From NCBI GenBank assembly GCA_000146045.2, contig BK006936.2:192001-256000 (forward strand): a DNA stretch of 64,000 nucleotides, written 5' to 3'. The notes under the pieces were generated by a model. The model saw only the letters and a list, made by a program, of their open reading frames with translations, made no database searches and was not told where the DNA came from. A program made the translations under genes and the position numbers. This DNA comes from TPA_inf: Saccharomyces. Taxonomy: Eukaryota. Numbering within the stretch: the stretch's first letter is position 1; every line of letters begins with the position of its first letter. Shown here piece by piece: positions 38,601 to 49,707 of the stretch.

Positions 38601-41600
38601 CTACCTTGAAAACTATCAGACGGATGACTGGTTTCGTTAACATTGTAAATTCTACTCTGTCTGTATTAAGAACAAATTTTCCTTTGCATACTAATTCAGT
38701 GCTGCAGCCGTTGATCTATTCAATTGCTATGGCATACTATGTCTTAGATACTGAGAGCACAGAGGAGGTACATTTAAGAAAGATGGCAAGTAATTTAAGG
38801 CAACAAGGTCTAAAATGTTTAAGTAGTGTCTTTGAATTTGTTGGAAATACATTTGATTGGTCTACTTCTATGGAAGATATTTACGCCGTTGTAGTTAAGC
38901 CTCGTATTTCACATTTTTCGGATGAAAACTTACAACAACCCTCCTCTTTACTAAGACTTTTCCTTTATTGGGCACACAATCCATCTCTGTACCAGTTTTT
39001 GTATTACGATGAATTTGCAACTGCCACTGCATTGATGGACACCATATCAAACCAACACGTTAAGGAAGCTGTTATTGGCCCAATAATTGAAGCGGCGGAC
39101 TCAATTATTAGAAATCCAGTAAATGATGATCACTACGTAGATTTGGTGACTCTCATCTGCACATCATGTCTGAAAATACTTCCTTCGCTATATGTCAAAC
39201 TTTCTGACTCAAACTCGATTTCCACATTTTTGAATTTGCTAGTTAGTATCACTGAGATGGGATTTATTCAAGATGATCATGTTAGAAGTCGTTTAATTAG
39301 TTCATTAATATCAATATTAAAAGGAAAGCTAAAAAAACTGCAGGAAAATGATACCCAAAAAATTTTGAAAATATTAAAGCTGATAGTTTTCAACTACAAT
39401 TGTTCTTGGAGTGATATTGAAGAACTATACACTACCATATCTTCTTTGTTCAAAACATTTGACGAGCGAAACCTCAGGGTTTCCTTGACAGAGCTCTTCA
39501 TAGAACTCGGTAGAAAAGTTCCTGAATTAGAAAGTATTTCGAAATTGGTTGCGGACTTGAATTCATACTCCTCATCACGTATGCATGAATATGATTTTCC
39601 TAGAATTTTATCAACTTTCAAGGGGTTAATTGAAGATGGTTATAAGTCCTACAGTGAGTTAGAGTGGTTACCTCTGTTGTTCACCTTTTTACATTTTATC
39701 AATAATAAGGAAGAACTTGCGTTAAGAACAAACGCATCCCACGCTATAATGAAGTTTATTGACTTCATTAACGAAAAGCCTAATCTTAATGAAGCTTCAA
39801 AATCGATTTCTATGCTGAAGGATATACTTTTACCCAATATAAGGATTGGCCTCAGAGACTCCCTAGAAGAGGTACAAAGTGAGTATGTATCAGTGCTATC
39901 ATATATGGTAAAAAACACGAAATATTTCACCGACTTCGAAGATATGGCCATTTTACTGTACAATGGTGATGAAGAAGCAGATTTTTTTACAAACGTTAAT
40001 CATATTCAGCTTCATCGTCGTCAGAGAGCCATTAAAAGACTAGGTGAACATGCTCATCAACTCAAAGATAACAGTATATCCCATTATTTAATTCCAATGA
40101 TCGAACATTATGTCTTTTCGGATGATGAAAGATACAGAAATATTGGAAATGAGACCCAAATAGCCATCGGAGGGTTGGCGCAGCACATGAGTTGGAATCA
40201 ATACAAAGCTCTTCTTAGAAGGTACATTTCTATGTTGAAAACCAAGCCTAACCAAATGAAGCAAGCCGTACAATTAATTGTTCAACTTTCTGTTCCACTT
40301 AGAGAAACTCTTCGTATCGTAAGAGATGGGGCTGAGTCGAAACTTACTTTGAGCAAATTTCCTTCCAACTTAGATGAACCCAGTAATTTTATTAAGCAAG
40401 AATTGTATCCGACTCTTTCGAAAATTCTTGGCACTAGAGATGACGAAACTATAATTGAAAGAATGCCTATTGCGGAGGCATTAGTTAATATTGTTTTAGG
40501 GCTCACAAATGATGATATTACTAATTTCCTCCCTAGTATTCTAACAAATATTTGCCAAGTTTTGAGAAGTAAATCCGAAGAATTAAGAGATGCAGTAAGA
40601 GTAACCTTGGGTAAAATCAGTATTATCTTGGGCGCTGAGTATCTTGTCTTTGTGATAAAGGAATTAATGGCTACATTAAAACGTGGTTCTCAAATTCATG
40701 TGTTAAGTTACACTGTCCACTACATATTAAAGAGTATGCACGGAGTCTTAAAACACTCCGATTTGGATACCTCGTCCAGTATGATTGTTAAGATTATAAT
40801 GGAAAATATCTTTGGGTTCGCTGGTGAAGAAAAAGACTCTGAGAATTATCATACAAAAGTGAAAGAAATTAAGAGTAATAAAAGCTATGATGCTGGTGAA
40901 ATTCTCGCCTCAAACATCAGCCTGACAGAATTTGGAACATTACTCTCTCCTGTGAAGGCTTTGTTGATGGTCAGAATTAATCTAAGAAATCAAAACAAAC
41001 TGAGTGAATTATTGAGACGATATTTGTTGGGTTTAAATCATAATAGTGACTCTGAGTCAGAAAGTATCCTCAAGTTCTGCCATCAGCTTTTCCAGGAATC
41101 AGAAATGAGTAATTCCCCTCAAATACCAAAGAAAAAAGTGAAAGACCAAGTAGATGAAAAAGAAGACTTTTTCTTGGTAAATTTGGAGTCGAAATCTTAT
41201 ACCATCAACTCAAACAGTTTGCTTTTGAACAGCACTTTACAAAAATTTGCTTTAGACTTACTTAGGAACGTAATAACGAGACACCGCTCCTTTTTAACTG
41301 TCTCGCACCTAGAGGGTTTTATTCCATTTTTGAGAGATTCGTTACTTTCGGAAAATGAAGGTGTGGTAATTAGTACTTTACGTATCCTGATTACATTAAT
41401 TAGGCTAGATTTTTCCGATGAATCTAGTGAAATCTTCAAAAACTGTGCGAGGAAGGTACTAAATATTATCAAGGTTTCTCCTTCAACTTCAAGCGAATTA
41501 TGCCAAATGGGTTTAAAGTTTCTTTCTGCCTTTATACGTCACACAGATTCAACATTAAAGGATACTGCTTTGAGTTATGTTCTAGGGAGGGTCTTACCAG

Positions 41601-43117
41601 ATTTAAATGAACCAAGCAGACAAGGCCTTGCTTTTAATTTCCTAAAAGCACTTGTTTCAAAACATATCATGCTTCCAGAACTCTATGACATTGCGGATAC
41701 TACTAGGGAAATCATGGTCACAAACCACTCAAAAGAAATTAGGGATGTATCCAGGAGCGTTTACTACCAATTTTTAATGGAATATGACCAAAGTAAGGGT
41801 CGTTTAGAAAAGCAGTTCAAATTTATGGTCGACAATTTACAGTATCCTACCGAGTCCGGCCGTCAGTCCGTAATGGAATTGATCAATTTGATTATTACAA
41901 AGGCTAATCCTGCTTTACTATCCAAATTATCATCTTCCTTCTTTCTGGCGCTAGTTAATGTTTCTTTTAATGATGATGCGCCAAGATGCCGTGAGATGGC
42001 TTCAGTATTGATTTCCACCATGCTTCCAAAGCTTGAAAATAAGGACCTTGAAATTGTTGAAAAATATATAGCCGCTTGGCTAAAACAGGTTGATAATGCA
42101 TCCTTTTTAAATCTTGGGTTGAGAACTTATAAGGTCTACTTGAAAAGTATTGGGTTTGAACATACTATTGAGCTAGACGAGCTTGCCATCAAGCGTATAA
42201 GGTACATTTTGAGCGATACGTCGGTAGGATCAGAACATCAGTGGGATTTGGTATACTCAGCTTTAAATACGTTCTCATCTTATATGGAAGCAACAGAGAG
42301 CGTTTATAAACATGGTTTCAAAGACATATGGGATGGTATTATCACATGTCTCTTGTATCCGCACTCATGGGTCCGTCAATCGGCGGCAAATCTTGTTCAT
42401 CAACTCATAGCCAATAAGGATAAGCTGGAGATATCATTAACCAATCTGGAAATTCAAACCATTGCAACAAGAATTCTTCACCAATTAGGTGCGCCTTCTA
42501 TTCCGGAGAATCTTGCGAACGTCTCAATAAAAACATTAGTTAATATCAGTATCCTATGGAAGGAGCAACGCACGCCGTTCATAATGGATGTATCAAAACA
42601 AACTGGAGAGGATCTAAAATATACTACCGCCATTGATTATATGGTAACTCGAATTGGTGGTATTATCAGGTCGGATGAACATCGTATGGATTCTTTTATG
42701 TCGAAGAAGGCGTGTATTCAGTTATTGGCCTTATTAGTTCAAGTTCTGGACGAAGACGAAGTAATTGCAGAAGGGGAAAAGATATTATTGCCGCTATATG
42801 GTTATTTAGAAACATATTACTCAAGAGCAGTTGATGAAGAACAGGAAGAACTACGCACTCTTTCAAACGAATGTTTAAAAATACTGGAAGACAAATTGCA
42901 AGTATCCGATTTTACAAAAATATACACTGCTGTCAAACAGACCGTATTAGAAAGAAGAAAGGAAAGGAGATCTAAAAGGGCAATTCTGGCTGTTAACGCT
43001 CCACAAATTTCTGCTGATAAAAAGTTGAGAAAGCATGCGAGATCGAGGGAAAAGAGAAAGCATGAAAAGGATGAAAATGGGTATTATCAAAGACGTAACA
43101 AAAGAAAGAGAGCCTAG
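35636..43117 (+). CDS. UTP20: SSU processome / 90S pre-ribosome component Utp20 (2493 aa), a HEAT/ARM-like helical repeat protein
   Basis: 2493-aa ORF starting MAKQRQTTKSSKRYRYSSFKARIDDLKIEPARNLEKRVHDYVESSHF, with a basic KR-rich C-terminus. Size and position (YBL004W) match Utp20. Confidence 0.9.
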   Translation: MAKQRQTTKSSKRYRYSSFKARIDDLKIEPARNLEKRVHDYVESSHFLASFDQWKEINLSAKFTEFAAEIEHDVQTLPQILYHDKKIFNSLVSFINFHDEFSLQPLLDLLAQFCHDLGPDFLKFYEEAIKTLINLLDAAIEFESSNVFEWGFNCLAYIFKYLSKFLVKKLVLTCDLLIPLLSHSKEYLSRFSAEALSFLVRKCPVSNLREFVRSVFEKLEGDDEQTNLYEGLLILFTESMTSTQETLHSKAKAIMSVLLHEALTKSSPERSVSLLSDIWMNISKYASIESLLPVYEVMYQDFNDSLDATNIDRILKVLTTIVFSESGRKIPDWNKITILIERIMSQSENCASLSQDKVAFLFALFIRNSDVKTLTLFHQKLFNYALTNISDCFLEFFQFALRLSYERVFSFNGLKFLQLFLKKNWQSQGKKIALFFLEVDDKPELQKVREVNFPEEFILSIRDFFVTAEINDSNDLFEIYWRAIIFKYSKLQNTEIIIPLLERIFSTFASPDNFTKDMVGTLLKIYRKEDDASGNNLLKTILDNYENYKESLNFLRGWNKLVSNLHPSESLKGLMSHYPSLLLSLTDNFMLPDGKIRYETLELMKTLMILQGMQVPDLLSSCMVIEEIPLTLQNARDLTIRIKNVGAEFGKTKTDKLVSSFFLKYLFGLLTVRFSPVWTGVFDTLPNVYTKDEALVWKLVLSFIKLPDENQNLDYYQPLLEDGANKVLWDSSVVRLRDTIDTFSHIWSKYSTQNTSIISTTIERRGNTTYPILIRNQALKVMLSIPQVAENHFVDIAPFVYNDFKTYKDEEDMENERVITGSWTEVDRNVFLKTLSKFKNIKNVYSATELHDHLMVLLGSRNTDVQKLALDALLAYKNPTLNKYRDNLKNLLDDTLFKDEITTFLTENGSQSIKAEDEKVVMPYVLRIFFGRAQVPPTSGQKRSRKIAVISVLPNFKKPYINDFLSLASERLDYNYFFGNSHQINSSKATLKTIRRMTGFVNIVNSTLSVLRTNFPLHTNSVLQPLIYSIAMAYYVLDTESTEEVHLRKMASNLRQQGLKCLSSVFEFVGNTFDWSTSMEDIYAVVVKPRISHFSDENLQQPSSLLRLFLYWAHNPSLYQFLYYDEFATATALMDTISNQHVKEAVIGPIIEAADSIIRNPVNDDHYVDLVTLICTSCLKILPSLYVKLSDSNSISTFLNLLVSITEMGFIQDDHVRSRLISSLISILKGKLKKLQENDTQKILKILKLIVFNYNCSWSDIEELYTTISSLFKTFDERNLRVSLTELFIELGRKVPELESISKLVADLNSYSSSRMHEYDFPRILSTFKGLIEDGYKSYSELEWLPLLFTFLHFINNKEELALRTNASHAIMKFIDFINEKPNLNEASKSISMLKDILLPNIRIGLRDSLEEVQSEYVSVLSYMVKNTKYFTDFEDMAILLYNGDEEADFFTNVNHIQLHRRQRAIKRLGEHAHQLKDNSISHYLIPMIEHYVFSDDERYRNIGNETQIAIGGLAQHMSWNQYKALLRRYISMLKTKPNQMKQAVQLIVQLSVPLRETLRIVRDGAESKLTLSKFPSNLDEPSNFIKQELYPTLSKILGTRDDETIIERMPIAEALVNIVLGLTNDDITNFLPSILTNICQVLRSKSEELRDAVRVTLGKISIILGAEYLVFVIKELMATLKRGSQIHVLSYTVHYILKSMHGVLKHSDLDTSSSMIVKIIMENIFGFAGEEKDSENYHTKVKEIKSNKSYDAGEILASNISLTEFGTLLSPVKALLMVRINLRNQNKLSELLRRYLLGLNHNSDSESESILKFCHQLFQESEMSNSPQIPKKKVKDQVDEKEDFFLVNLESKSYTINSNSLLLNSTLQKFALDLLRNVITRHRSFLTVSHLEGFIPFLRDSLLSENEGVVISTLRILITLIRLDFSDESSEIFKNCARKVLNIIKVSPSTSSELCQMGLKFLSAFIRHTDSTLKDTALSYVLGRVLPDLNEPSRQGLAFNFLKALVSKHIMLPELYDIADTTREIMVTNHSKEIRDVSRSVYYQFLMEYDQSKGRLEKQFKFMVDNLQYPTESGRQSVMELINLIITKANPALLSKLSSSFFLALVNVSFNDDAPRCREMASVLISTMLPKLENKDLEIVEKYIAAWLKQVDNASFLNLGLRTYKVYLKSIGFEHTIELDELAIKRIRYILSDTSVGSEHQWDLVYSALNTFSSYMEATESVYKHGFKDIWDGIITCLLYPHSWVRQSAANLVHQLIANKDKLEISLTNLEIQTIATRILHQLGAPSIPENLANVSIKTLVNISILWKEQRTPFIMDVSKQTGEDLKYTTAIDYMVTRIGGIIRSDEHRMDSFMSKKACIQLLALLVQVLDEDEVIAEGEKILLPLYGYLETYYSRAVDEEQEELRTLSNECLKILEDKLQVSDFTKIYTAVKQTVLERRKERRSKRAILAVNAPQISADKKLRKHARSREKRKHEKDENGYYQRRNKRKRA

Positions 43118-43393
43118 CTGTAATATATCTTTATAACATGTATACTAATGAATAAAAAATCCAAGTTATAACGTCAAAGCTGTAGTACGTTAGCATTTCC
43201 GTAAGTAAAACCGTAAACTTGATACGTTTTTTATTTTCTTTATTAATAGTAATACTATACACTGTCTTTAATAAAACGACGCTATTTATAAAACTGTTAG
43301 ATAAAAGACATACCAGTCTTCCTCATATGACCTACTTTAAAACCCCAAATGACAAGAATGTTTGATTTGCTTTGTTTCTTTTCAACTCAGTTC

Positions 43394-43792
43394 TTACAGT
43401 TCTTGAGAAGCTTTGGCAGTCTTGGCAGACTTCTTTGGCAACAAGTTTTGGTGAATGTTTGGCAAAACACCACCTTGGGCGATGGTAACATTACCCAATA
43501 GCTTGTTCAATTCATCATCATTTCTGATGGCCAATTGTAAATGTCTTGGAATAATTCTGGTTTTTTTGTTATCTCTAGCAGCATTACCAGCCAATTCTAA
43601 AATTTCAGCAGCCAAATATTCTAAGACAGCAGTTAGATAGACTGGAGCACCAGAACCAATTCTCTGGGCGTAGTTACCTCTTCTTAGCAATCTGTGCACT
43701 CTACCAACTGGGAATGTTAAACCAGCTTTAGCAGATCTAGATTGAGAAGCTTTAGCAGCTGAACCAGCTTTACCACCTTTACCACCGGACAT
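43394..43792 (-). CDS. HTA2: Histone H2A (132 aa)
   Basis: [132 protein letters not shown] is yeast H2A. Its pairing with HTB2 beside the centromere identifies copy 2. Confidence 0.97.
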   Translation of the reverse strand: MSGGKGGKAGSAAKASQSRSAKAGLTFPVGRVHRLLRRGNYAQRIGSGAPVYLTAVLEYLAAEILELAGNAARDNKKTRIIPRHLQLAIRNDDELNKLLGNVTIAQGGVLPNIHQNLLPKKSAKTAKASQEL

Positions 43793-44491
43793 TATATATT
43801 AAATTTGCTCTTGTTCTGTACTTTCCTAATTCTTATGTAAAAAGACAAGAATTTATGATACTATTTAATAACAAAAAACTACCTAAGAAAAGCATCATGC
43901 AGTCGAAATTGAAATCGAAAAGTAAAACTTTAACGGAACATGTTTGAAATTCTAAGAAAGCATACATCTTCATCCCTTATATATAGAGTTATGTTTGATA
44001 TTAGTAGTCATGTTGTAATCTCTGGCCTAAGTATACGTAACGAAAATGGTAGCACGTCGCGTTTATGGCCCCCAGGTTAATGTGTTCTCTGAAATTCGCA
44101 TCACTTTGAGAAATAATGGGAACACCTTACGCGTGAGCTGTGCCCACCGCTTCGCCTAATAAAGCGGTGTTCTCAAAATTTCTCCCCGTTTTCAGGATCA
44201 CGAGCGCCATCTAGTTCTGGTAAAATCGCGCTTACAAGAACAAAGAAAAGAAACATCGCGTAATGCAACAGTGAGACACTTGCCGTCATATATAAGGTTT
44301 TGGATCAGTAACCGTTATTTGAGCATAACACAGGTTTTTAAATATATTATTATATATCATGGTATATGTGTAAAATTTTTTTGCTGACTGGTTTTGTTTA
44401 TTTATTTAGCTTTTTAAAAATTTTACTTTCTTCTTGTTAATTTTTTCTGATTGCTCTATACTCAAACCAACAACAACTTACTCTACAACTA
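43793..44491. promoter_or_regulatory. Divergent HTA2-HTB2 histone promoter with TATA elements and several GAAC-terminated histone-UAS-like motifs
   Basis: The 700-bp intergenic region sits between divergently transcribed H2A and H2B. It contains tatataagg near 44290 and tatatataag (reverse complement) near 43980. Partial matches to the histone UAS GCGAAAAANTNNGAAC include gcgaatttcagagaac (RC of 44084..44099) and gagaaattttgagaac (RC near 44168..44183). Confidence 0.6.
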
Positions 44492-44887
44492 ATGTCCTCT
44501 GCCGCCGAAAAGAAACCAGCTTCCAAAGCTCCAGCTGAAAAGAAGCCAGCTGCCAAGAAAACATCAACCTCCGTCGATGGTAAGAAGAGATCTAAGGTTA
44601 GAAAGGAGACCTATTCCTCTTATATTTACAAAGTTTTGAAGCAAACTCACCCAGACACTGGTATTTCCCAGAAGTCTATGTCTATTTTGAACTCTTTCGT
44701 TAACGATATCTTTGAAAGAATTGCTACTGAAGCTTCTAAATTGGCCGCTTATAACAAGAAATCCACTATTTCTGCTAGAGAAATCCAAACAGCCGTTAGA
44801 TTGATCTTACCTGGTGAATTGGCTAAACATGCCGTCTCCGAAGGTACTAGGGCTGTTACCAAATACTCCTCCTCTACTCAAGCCTAA
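44492..44887 (+). CDS. HTB2: Histone H2B (131 aa)
   Basis: [131 protein letters not shown]. Confidence 0.97.
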   Translation: MSSAAEKKPASKAPAEKKPAAKKTSTSVDGKKRSKVRKETYSSYIYKVLKQTHPDTGISQKSMSILNSFVNDIFERIATEASKLAAYNKKSTISAREIQTAVRLILPGELAKHAVSEGTRAVTKYSSSTQA

Positions 44888-45152
44888 GTCACTCACTAGG
44901 TATTGTGATTTAGTCATGTTTTCTTTTTATTAGTGGCATTTTTTATATATTGTAACATTAGGGTTCTGTTACTTGTCCAGATATGATTGGAAGGGTCTAG
45001 TCTATCAGCCTCCGAAGGGAGTTGTATAAATGTATATATATAACTTTATAAACAAAAAAAATTGGGAAAGATATTTTGCAAACAGTTATTATTAAATTGT
45101 TTCTTAAACTCTCCTTAAAGATATACCCTATTTAGGTTCACTACACGAGCAT

Positions 45153-45467
45153 TCATTGAGAAATTTTTTTTAAAACAACATCGATCTTATCTTGAGCAGT
45201 TTGGTGCTTATCAGTTCTAGTCCCAACACGAATATCAGTGTGTACTCTAACATATCCTTTCTCATGACCGTATTCATGGATTTCGCCAATCAAACCCATC
45301 ACATCATCCCAAGGCCCTTCAATTGTTGTTCCTGCACTGTGTAAAGTGCTCTTTAATGGGCTTTCTCTGATTTTTTTTTCAATGAGTGCAACAAAATCAG
45401 AAATACTAGCAGAGTCGGTGCCAATAGGGACCATACACACGTCCGCTAAACAAAAGATCTTGGGCAT
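45153..45467 (-). CDS. ECM15: Small conserved protein Ecm15 (104 aa), YBL001C
   Basis: 104-aa ORF starting [41 protein letters not shown]. It is the last gene before the centromere on the left arm. Confidence 0.8.
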
Positions 45468-46208
45468 TTTCTAAACTTGTAGTTTATGTGCTTTATAGTT
45501 AATGATCACGACGGCAATGACAAAAACTGAATATCTTGATCTCTCCTTTTGACGATGTCAGTGAATCCCGGTTAATGATATTCTGTTTTTCACGGGGTGG
45601 AAAAGAGGGGAGCTTGAATCATACTAAAAAAGGAATGTCAAAGAGCTATATAATTCGAATAAAAAGTAAAAGAAACGAAAGGTTTTATTAAAGGGTTTGG
45701 AGCTGTTTTCGGACTGAAAGCCAGTAACAAGCTTGTGTAGGAGTTTGTCTGAAAACCATCTTCATTTCAAATAAGAGAGCGAGTAATTTTTAAATAATTT
45801 CTTTTCTGAACTACTTAAATCGCTATGTACCTTGCGAAAATTATTCTTTAATAGTTTAACTAAAAGTAAAAAGTTAGAAATCATAAATAAAAAATCAAAG
45901 AGACAAATCTCGTTGCAAAAGCTTGAAAAATAGTGCTTTACCAACAGGTTGGCAAACCAGAATGCTAACAAAACTTAAAATCCCATTTCCCAAGAGGATC
46001 AATCAATCATATTTACCTTGATAGTATAGGATACAAGTGTCTGTGCAGGCCTCCGATAACATGTAAAGTAATAAAAGTAGGAGTACTTGCTTTCAGCAGA
46101 AAATGAAAAAAAGAACGTTCAAACAGACTGAAAATATAGCTATTCAACTGGCACCTACTAATATCAATAATAATAAATTAATCTTGAGCAAATTGATCCT
46201 ACATAAAT

Positions 46209-46324
46209 CATGTGACTTATTTATTTAATTATTATTAAGTAAAAAAGATTTTCTATTTAAATTTATTAATTAATTTTTTTTCTTAAATAATTATTTTATG
46301 TTTTTGTTTTCCGAAAAAGAAAAA
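46209..46324. other. CEN2: Point centromere CEN2. CDEI is at 46209..46216 (catgtgac, RC GTCACATG = RTCACRTG). CDEII is 46217..46298 (82 bp, >90% A+T). CDEIII is ~46299..46324 (tgtttttgttttccgaaaaagaaaaa with the invariant CCGAAA core)
   Basis: The tripartite structure, with canonical spacing and the CDEIII TGTTT(A/T)TGNTTTCCGAAA motif, is read directly from the sequence. It lies between YBL001C and YBR001C, as expected for chrII. Confidence 0.93.
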
Positions 46325-46940
46325 TATTTCAACAAGAAGTATCAATATATTTCTTGCAAAAAATTGTTCACCGAGAATTGACAAAAAAACCTTACGTCGG
46401 TGACGACGATATACAGATCCTATATTCTTCATGTATGTAATAGATTCCCATACCTTCTTCGCATTTAAGACACTAATAGAAATGAAAGCTTTCTATTAGT
46501 CATTCTTCCTATGCACTAGACCACGCAAAGGTGAACCGGCTTGGTACGAGAATTCTATCACACGGTAATGATAGTGTTCCCGATGTCAAGCAGTCTTATA
46601 CAGTACTACCCAAGAGCTTAAGAATAAGCAAGAAGATCTGGCAAGCTACAAGGTACTCATAACGATCTTCAAAGCGTAAGTTATGATCTTATGAAAATCA
46701 GACTTTTTTGTCTCAACAAACTCCTAGTTTGAAGATGTTACTGAAATGCCCTTCAAACACTTTTACTTGAAAATCATCGATTACTATTCTAACCTTCACA
46801 AATGAGCCTTTACACAACTTGATTAATAATAATATTTGACCTTACTCTAAATCGTCTCAAATATTACTGAGGCACAATCTCATGGTTATTGATAGAAAGA
46901 AGAATATAACATATATCTTATTTACATATGTTCGTCAATA

Positions 46941-49283
46941 TTATAGGTAATACAATTTTTTCTCAGAGGGTTTCAAACTATTGAAAAATGGCAATGGTGG
47001 ACTACAAGCAGCGAGAGCCCTTCTTGCATGATTATTCATATATTTCAATCCGAGCAAATAACTTGTGTTCACCCAACCAAAGCCTTCTGTAGCGACGCCC
47101 TTAAAATCAGCACCTTGATTACCATATTCCGCATCAACGCGATGCGGATCAGTCCCTCTTGTCACATCATATTTTTCTACCACCATTCCGTTATAATCAA
47201 CAAATGATTTTGTAATCATGTACAGCCACCTATAAGCCAATCTTGTAGCTACTTGTTGATAACCATATGCAGATAAACCTTTCCAGGCTAATATTTGGTG
47301 CGGCGCCCAACCAAAAGGATAATCCCATTGCCTGATCGGTCTATCAATAGAAATAGGACCTCTTGATTTTTCTGTGCATGCAACTAGTCCGCCGAGCATT
47401 TCTAACTGAGGAAGAGCTTTTTCTACTGTGATTTTTGCTTGCTCTTCAGTTGCAAGACCAGCCCACAAACTCCAAAAAGTCGTTGCAGACTCATAAGACG
47501 TTCTGCATTTCAGTTTCGTGTTATAATAGAAGAAAAACCCTGAATCTTCGTCCCACATATACTTATTAATCCTTGTTTTCCTCAGTTCAGCTAGCTCCTC
47601 CCAGTGTTCAGAATCGGTTACCGTTCCATCATTCTCATCTTTATATTCATTACCAAAATACTCCTTAATGACGAAAGCAATATCTTTCTCATATTTATAG
47701 AGCAAGGAGTTTAGATCAATTGTCGCTAAATATGCACATACACCTTCAAACCTATAAGTCGTGTCATGTCCTGACTCTCTCACGGCACGATCATGTAAAA
47801 AAAATGCATCCAGTTTGGGTTCTTTAATCATGCCTTCGTTATAAAGGTACCTAAGCTTTTCCAGAGTAACATTGTACTTTTCAGCATACGGTAATAATAT
47901 AGTATCAAAATGATCTGGTTCAGTTTCCGGAGGGATACCAATACCATCAGAATGATAACAAGACAGCCCTGTCAGAGAATCTAACCTAGGGCTCGACATC
48001 CACACCTCTTTATATTCTTTAATAGCAGCTCTGAACGCGCGTTTTAACAACTGAATAGCGTTTGGATTATTCTTACCTCCTATCTTTTCAAATACGAGCA
48101 GAGCCATATCGGTTAGGAATGGTGGCTGAGATCTGCAAAGATAATAACTCCTATTAGCATTCAAAATTTTACTATAGTGATCAATTTCGAATATAAAATG
48201 CTCCACCATACCTCTTGCAACATCAACCTTATTACTTTCTATGAGTCCCAGTGCCATTAAATATGAATCCCAGCCATACAATTCATTGAATCTACCGCCA
48301 GGTACCGCATAAGGATAACCAACTAGGGACCTTTCACCAGTAGATGGATTAACGTGTTCTTCCATAGCCAGGGCTAACAAACCCGGTGTATCATTTAATG
48401 ATTTAACATACTCTGCTGTAATATCTTTTGGTAAGTACTCCACTTCAAGTTTTAAGGACGGGTTCATTTGAGATGCCTGAATGTAAAATTCGTACTGCTC
48501 TGGGCAGTTATATGGAACATAAATTCTTGGATTTTTAGCGCCTGGCGTATCTATTTTTGAGTCTCTAGCAATTTCTGCAATATTATAAAGATCAACTCTT
48601 CTCGTTAAACTCGTCCAAAATTGAGTCGTTATCAATCTTGATAATCTATCAACAGGGTTTTCATTTATACGCGCCTCATCCAAAAATATTTGGTGTCGTC
48701 CGAAACTTTTTGCAATGGTTAGTTCCTGCAACAAGTTAGAAAGCATATATGTTCCCCTAACATTTACATGTTTGAAACCGTTGGAATTGGCCGTCCCGAC
48801 TTTAATAACTTTGGGCCCAGTGTCTTCTATGGTAATTTGGTGATTCTTGTCTGTGTCCTCACTAGCGAGCAGCTCATCTAAAGCGAGATCCACATTATCA
48901 ATATAAAATCTACGGTTACCTTGGCTGCTGAGGAAGCTGTCGTCTTCAGAACCCCTCCTTTTCAGGGTATAATCCTTCATTCCGTTTTTGAAGTCAGAAA
49001 CTTTATTGAAAACACTCATAGTTCTGGTTCTATTTAGTCTATGAATTTTTGACTGTTTTCTTGGATCTGTTATTGGTCCATAATAGACCTCTGCGTTGGA
49101 AAACGGGTCAAAATACTCATGCATAGAGGACAACCGCCGGTGATGTCTTCTACCACCTTGTTGCCCCTCTTCTTTCAACGGCCGCTGCTCTGAACCACTT
49201 GAAAGTGGCTTTATGTTATCTTCACCATCATTACCTTCGGATGGAGGATTTATTTCCGTTACTTTTGGTAAAAAATCTACCAT
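46941..49283 (-). CDS. NTH2: Neutral trehalase paralogue Nth2 (780 aa)
   Basis: 780-aa ORF starting MVDFLPKVTEINPPSEGNDGEDNIKP. Glycoside hydrolase family 37 trehalase domain (PGGRFNELYGWDSY). The N-terminus has the regulatory RRHHRRLSS / RRGSEDD PKA-type sites. Confidence 0.9.
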   Translation of the reverse strand: MVDFLPKVTEINPPSEGNDGEDNIKPLSSGSEQRPLKEEGQQGGRRHHRRLSSMHEYFDPFSNAEVYYGPITDPRKQSKIHRLNRTRTMSVFNKVSDFKNGMKDYTLKRRGSEDDSFLSSQGNRRFYIDNVDLALDELLASEDTDKNHQITIEDTGPKVIKVGTANSNGFKHVNVRGTYMLSNLLQELTIAKSFGRHQIFLDEARINENPVDRLSRLITTQFWTSLTRRVDLYNIAEIARDSKIDTPGAKNPRIYVPYNCPEQYEFYIQASQMNPSLKLEVEYLPKDITAEYVKSLNDTPGLLALAMEEHVNPSTGERSLVGYPYAVPGGRFNELYGWDSYLMALGLIESNKVDVARGMVEHFIFEIDHYSKILNANRSYYLCRSQPPFLTDMALLVFEKIGGKNNPNAIQLLKRAFRAAIKEYKEVWMSSPRLDSLTGLSCYHSDGIGIPPETEPDHFDTILLPYAEKYNVTLEKLRYLYNEGMIKEPKLDAFFLHDRAVRESGHDTTYRFEGVCAYLATIDLNSLLYKYEKDIAFVIKEYFGNEYKDENDGTVTDSEHWEELAELRKTRINKYMWDEDSGFFFYYNTKLKCRTSYESATTFWSLWAGLATEEQAKITVEKALPQLEMLGGLVACTEKSRGPISIDRPIRQWDYPFGWAPHQILAWKGLSAYGYQQVATRLAYRWLYMITKSFVDYNGMVVEKYDVTRGTDPHRVDAEYGNQGADFKGVATEGFGWVNTSYLLGLKYMNNHARRALAACSPPLPFFNSLKPSEKKLYYL

Positions 49284-49707
49284 TATTTGAGTATATGCAG
49301 GTCTCCTTATATACCAAATGTCTGATCCGAACCTGCGTCAAATATATTTGCAAAGGAAAAATATAAATAAATAAATAAAATTGAGAAATAAAGAATATTA
49401 GTTTTAATGGAAAACAGTTCCTACAAGCGCTATAACATATGAAATATACATTAGTCGAATATTAACTTTGGGAGGTAATTACAATTCCTATCCGCTTTAT
49501 ATAATTTAGTGGAACTGGCACGCCGCTCGGAAAAATTGGACTTCAAATTACCCCGCGCGGAGATTTGCATTATAAACTCTATAAAGATGCGTGAATTTCT
49601 ACTCATTTATTACTAATTATTTGAATGTTCTTTTGCGAACTCATTTATCTTGCTCATTACTCTATAAATATCTATGCCATGTGGTAGGAAAAAAATGCAG
49701 ACCTTTC

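Noticed and set aside
45762-45971. 69-aa ORF between ECM15 and CEN2
   Set aside because: Short, Phe/Leu/Lys-rich translation of A+T-rich pericentromeric DNA. No support.
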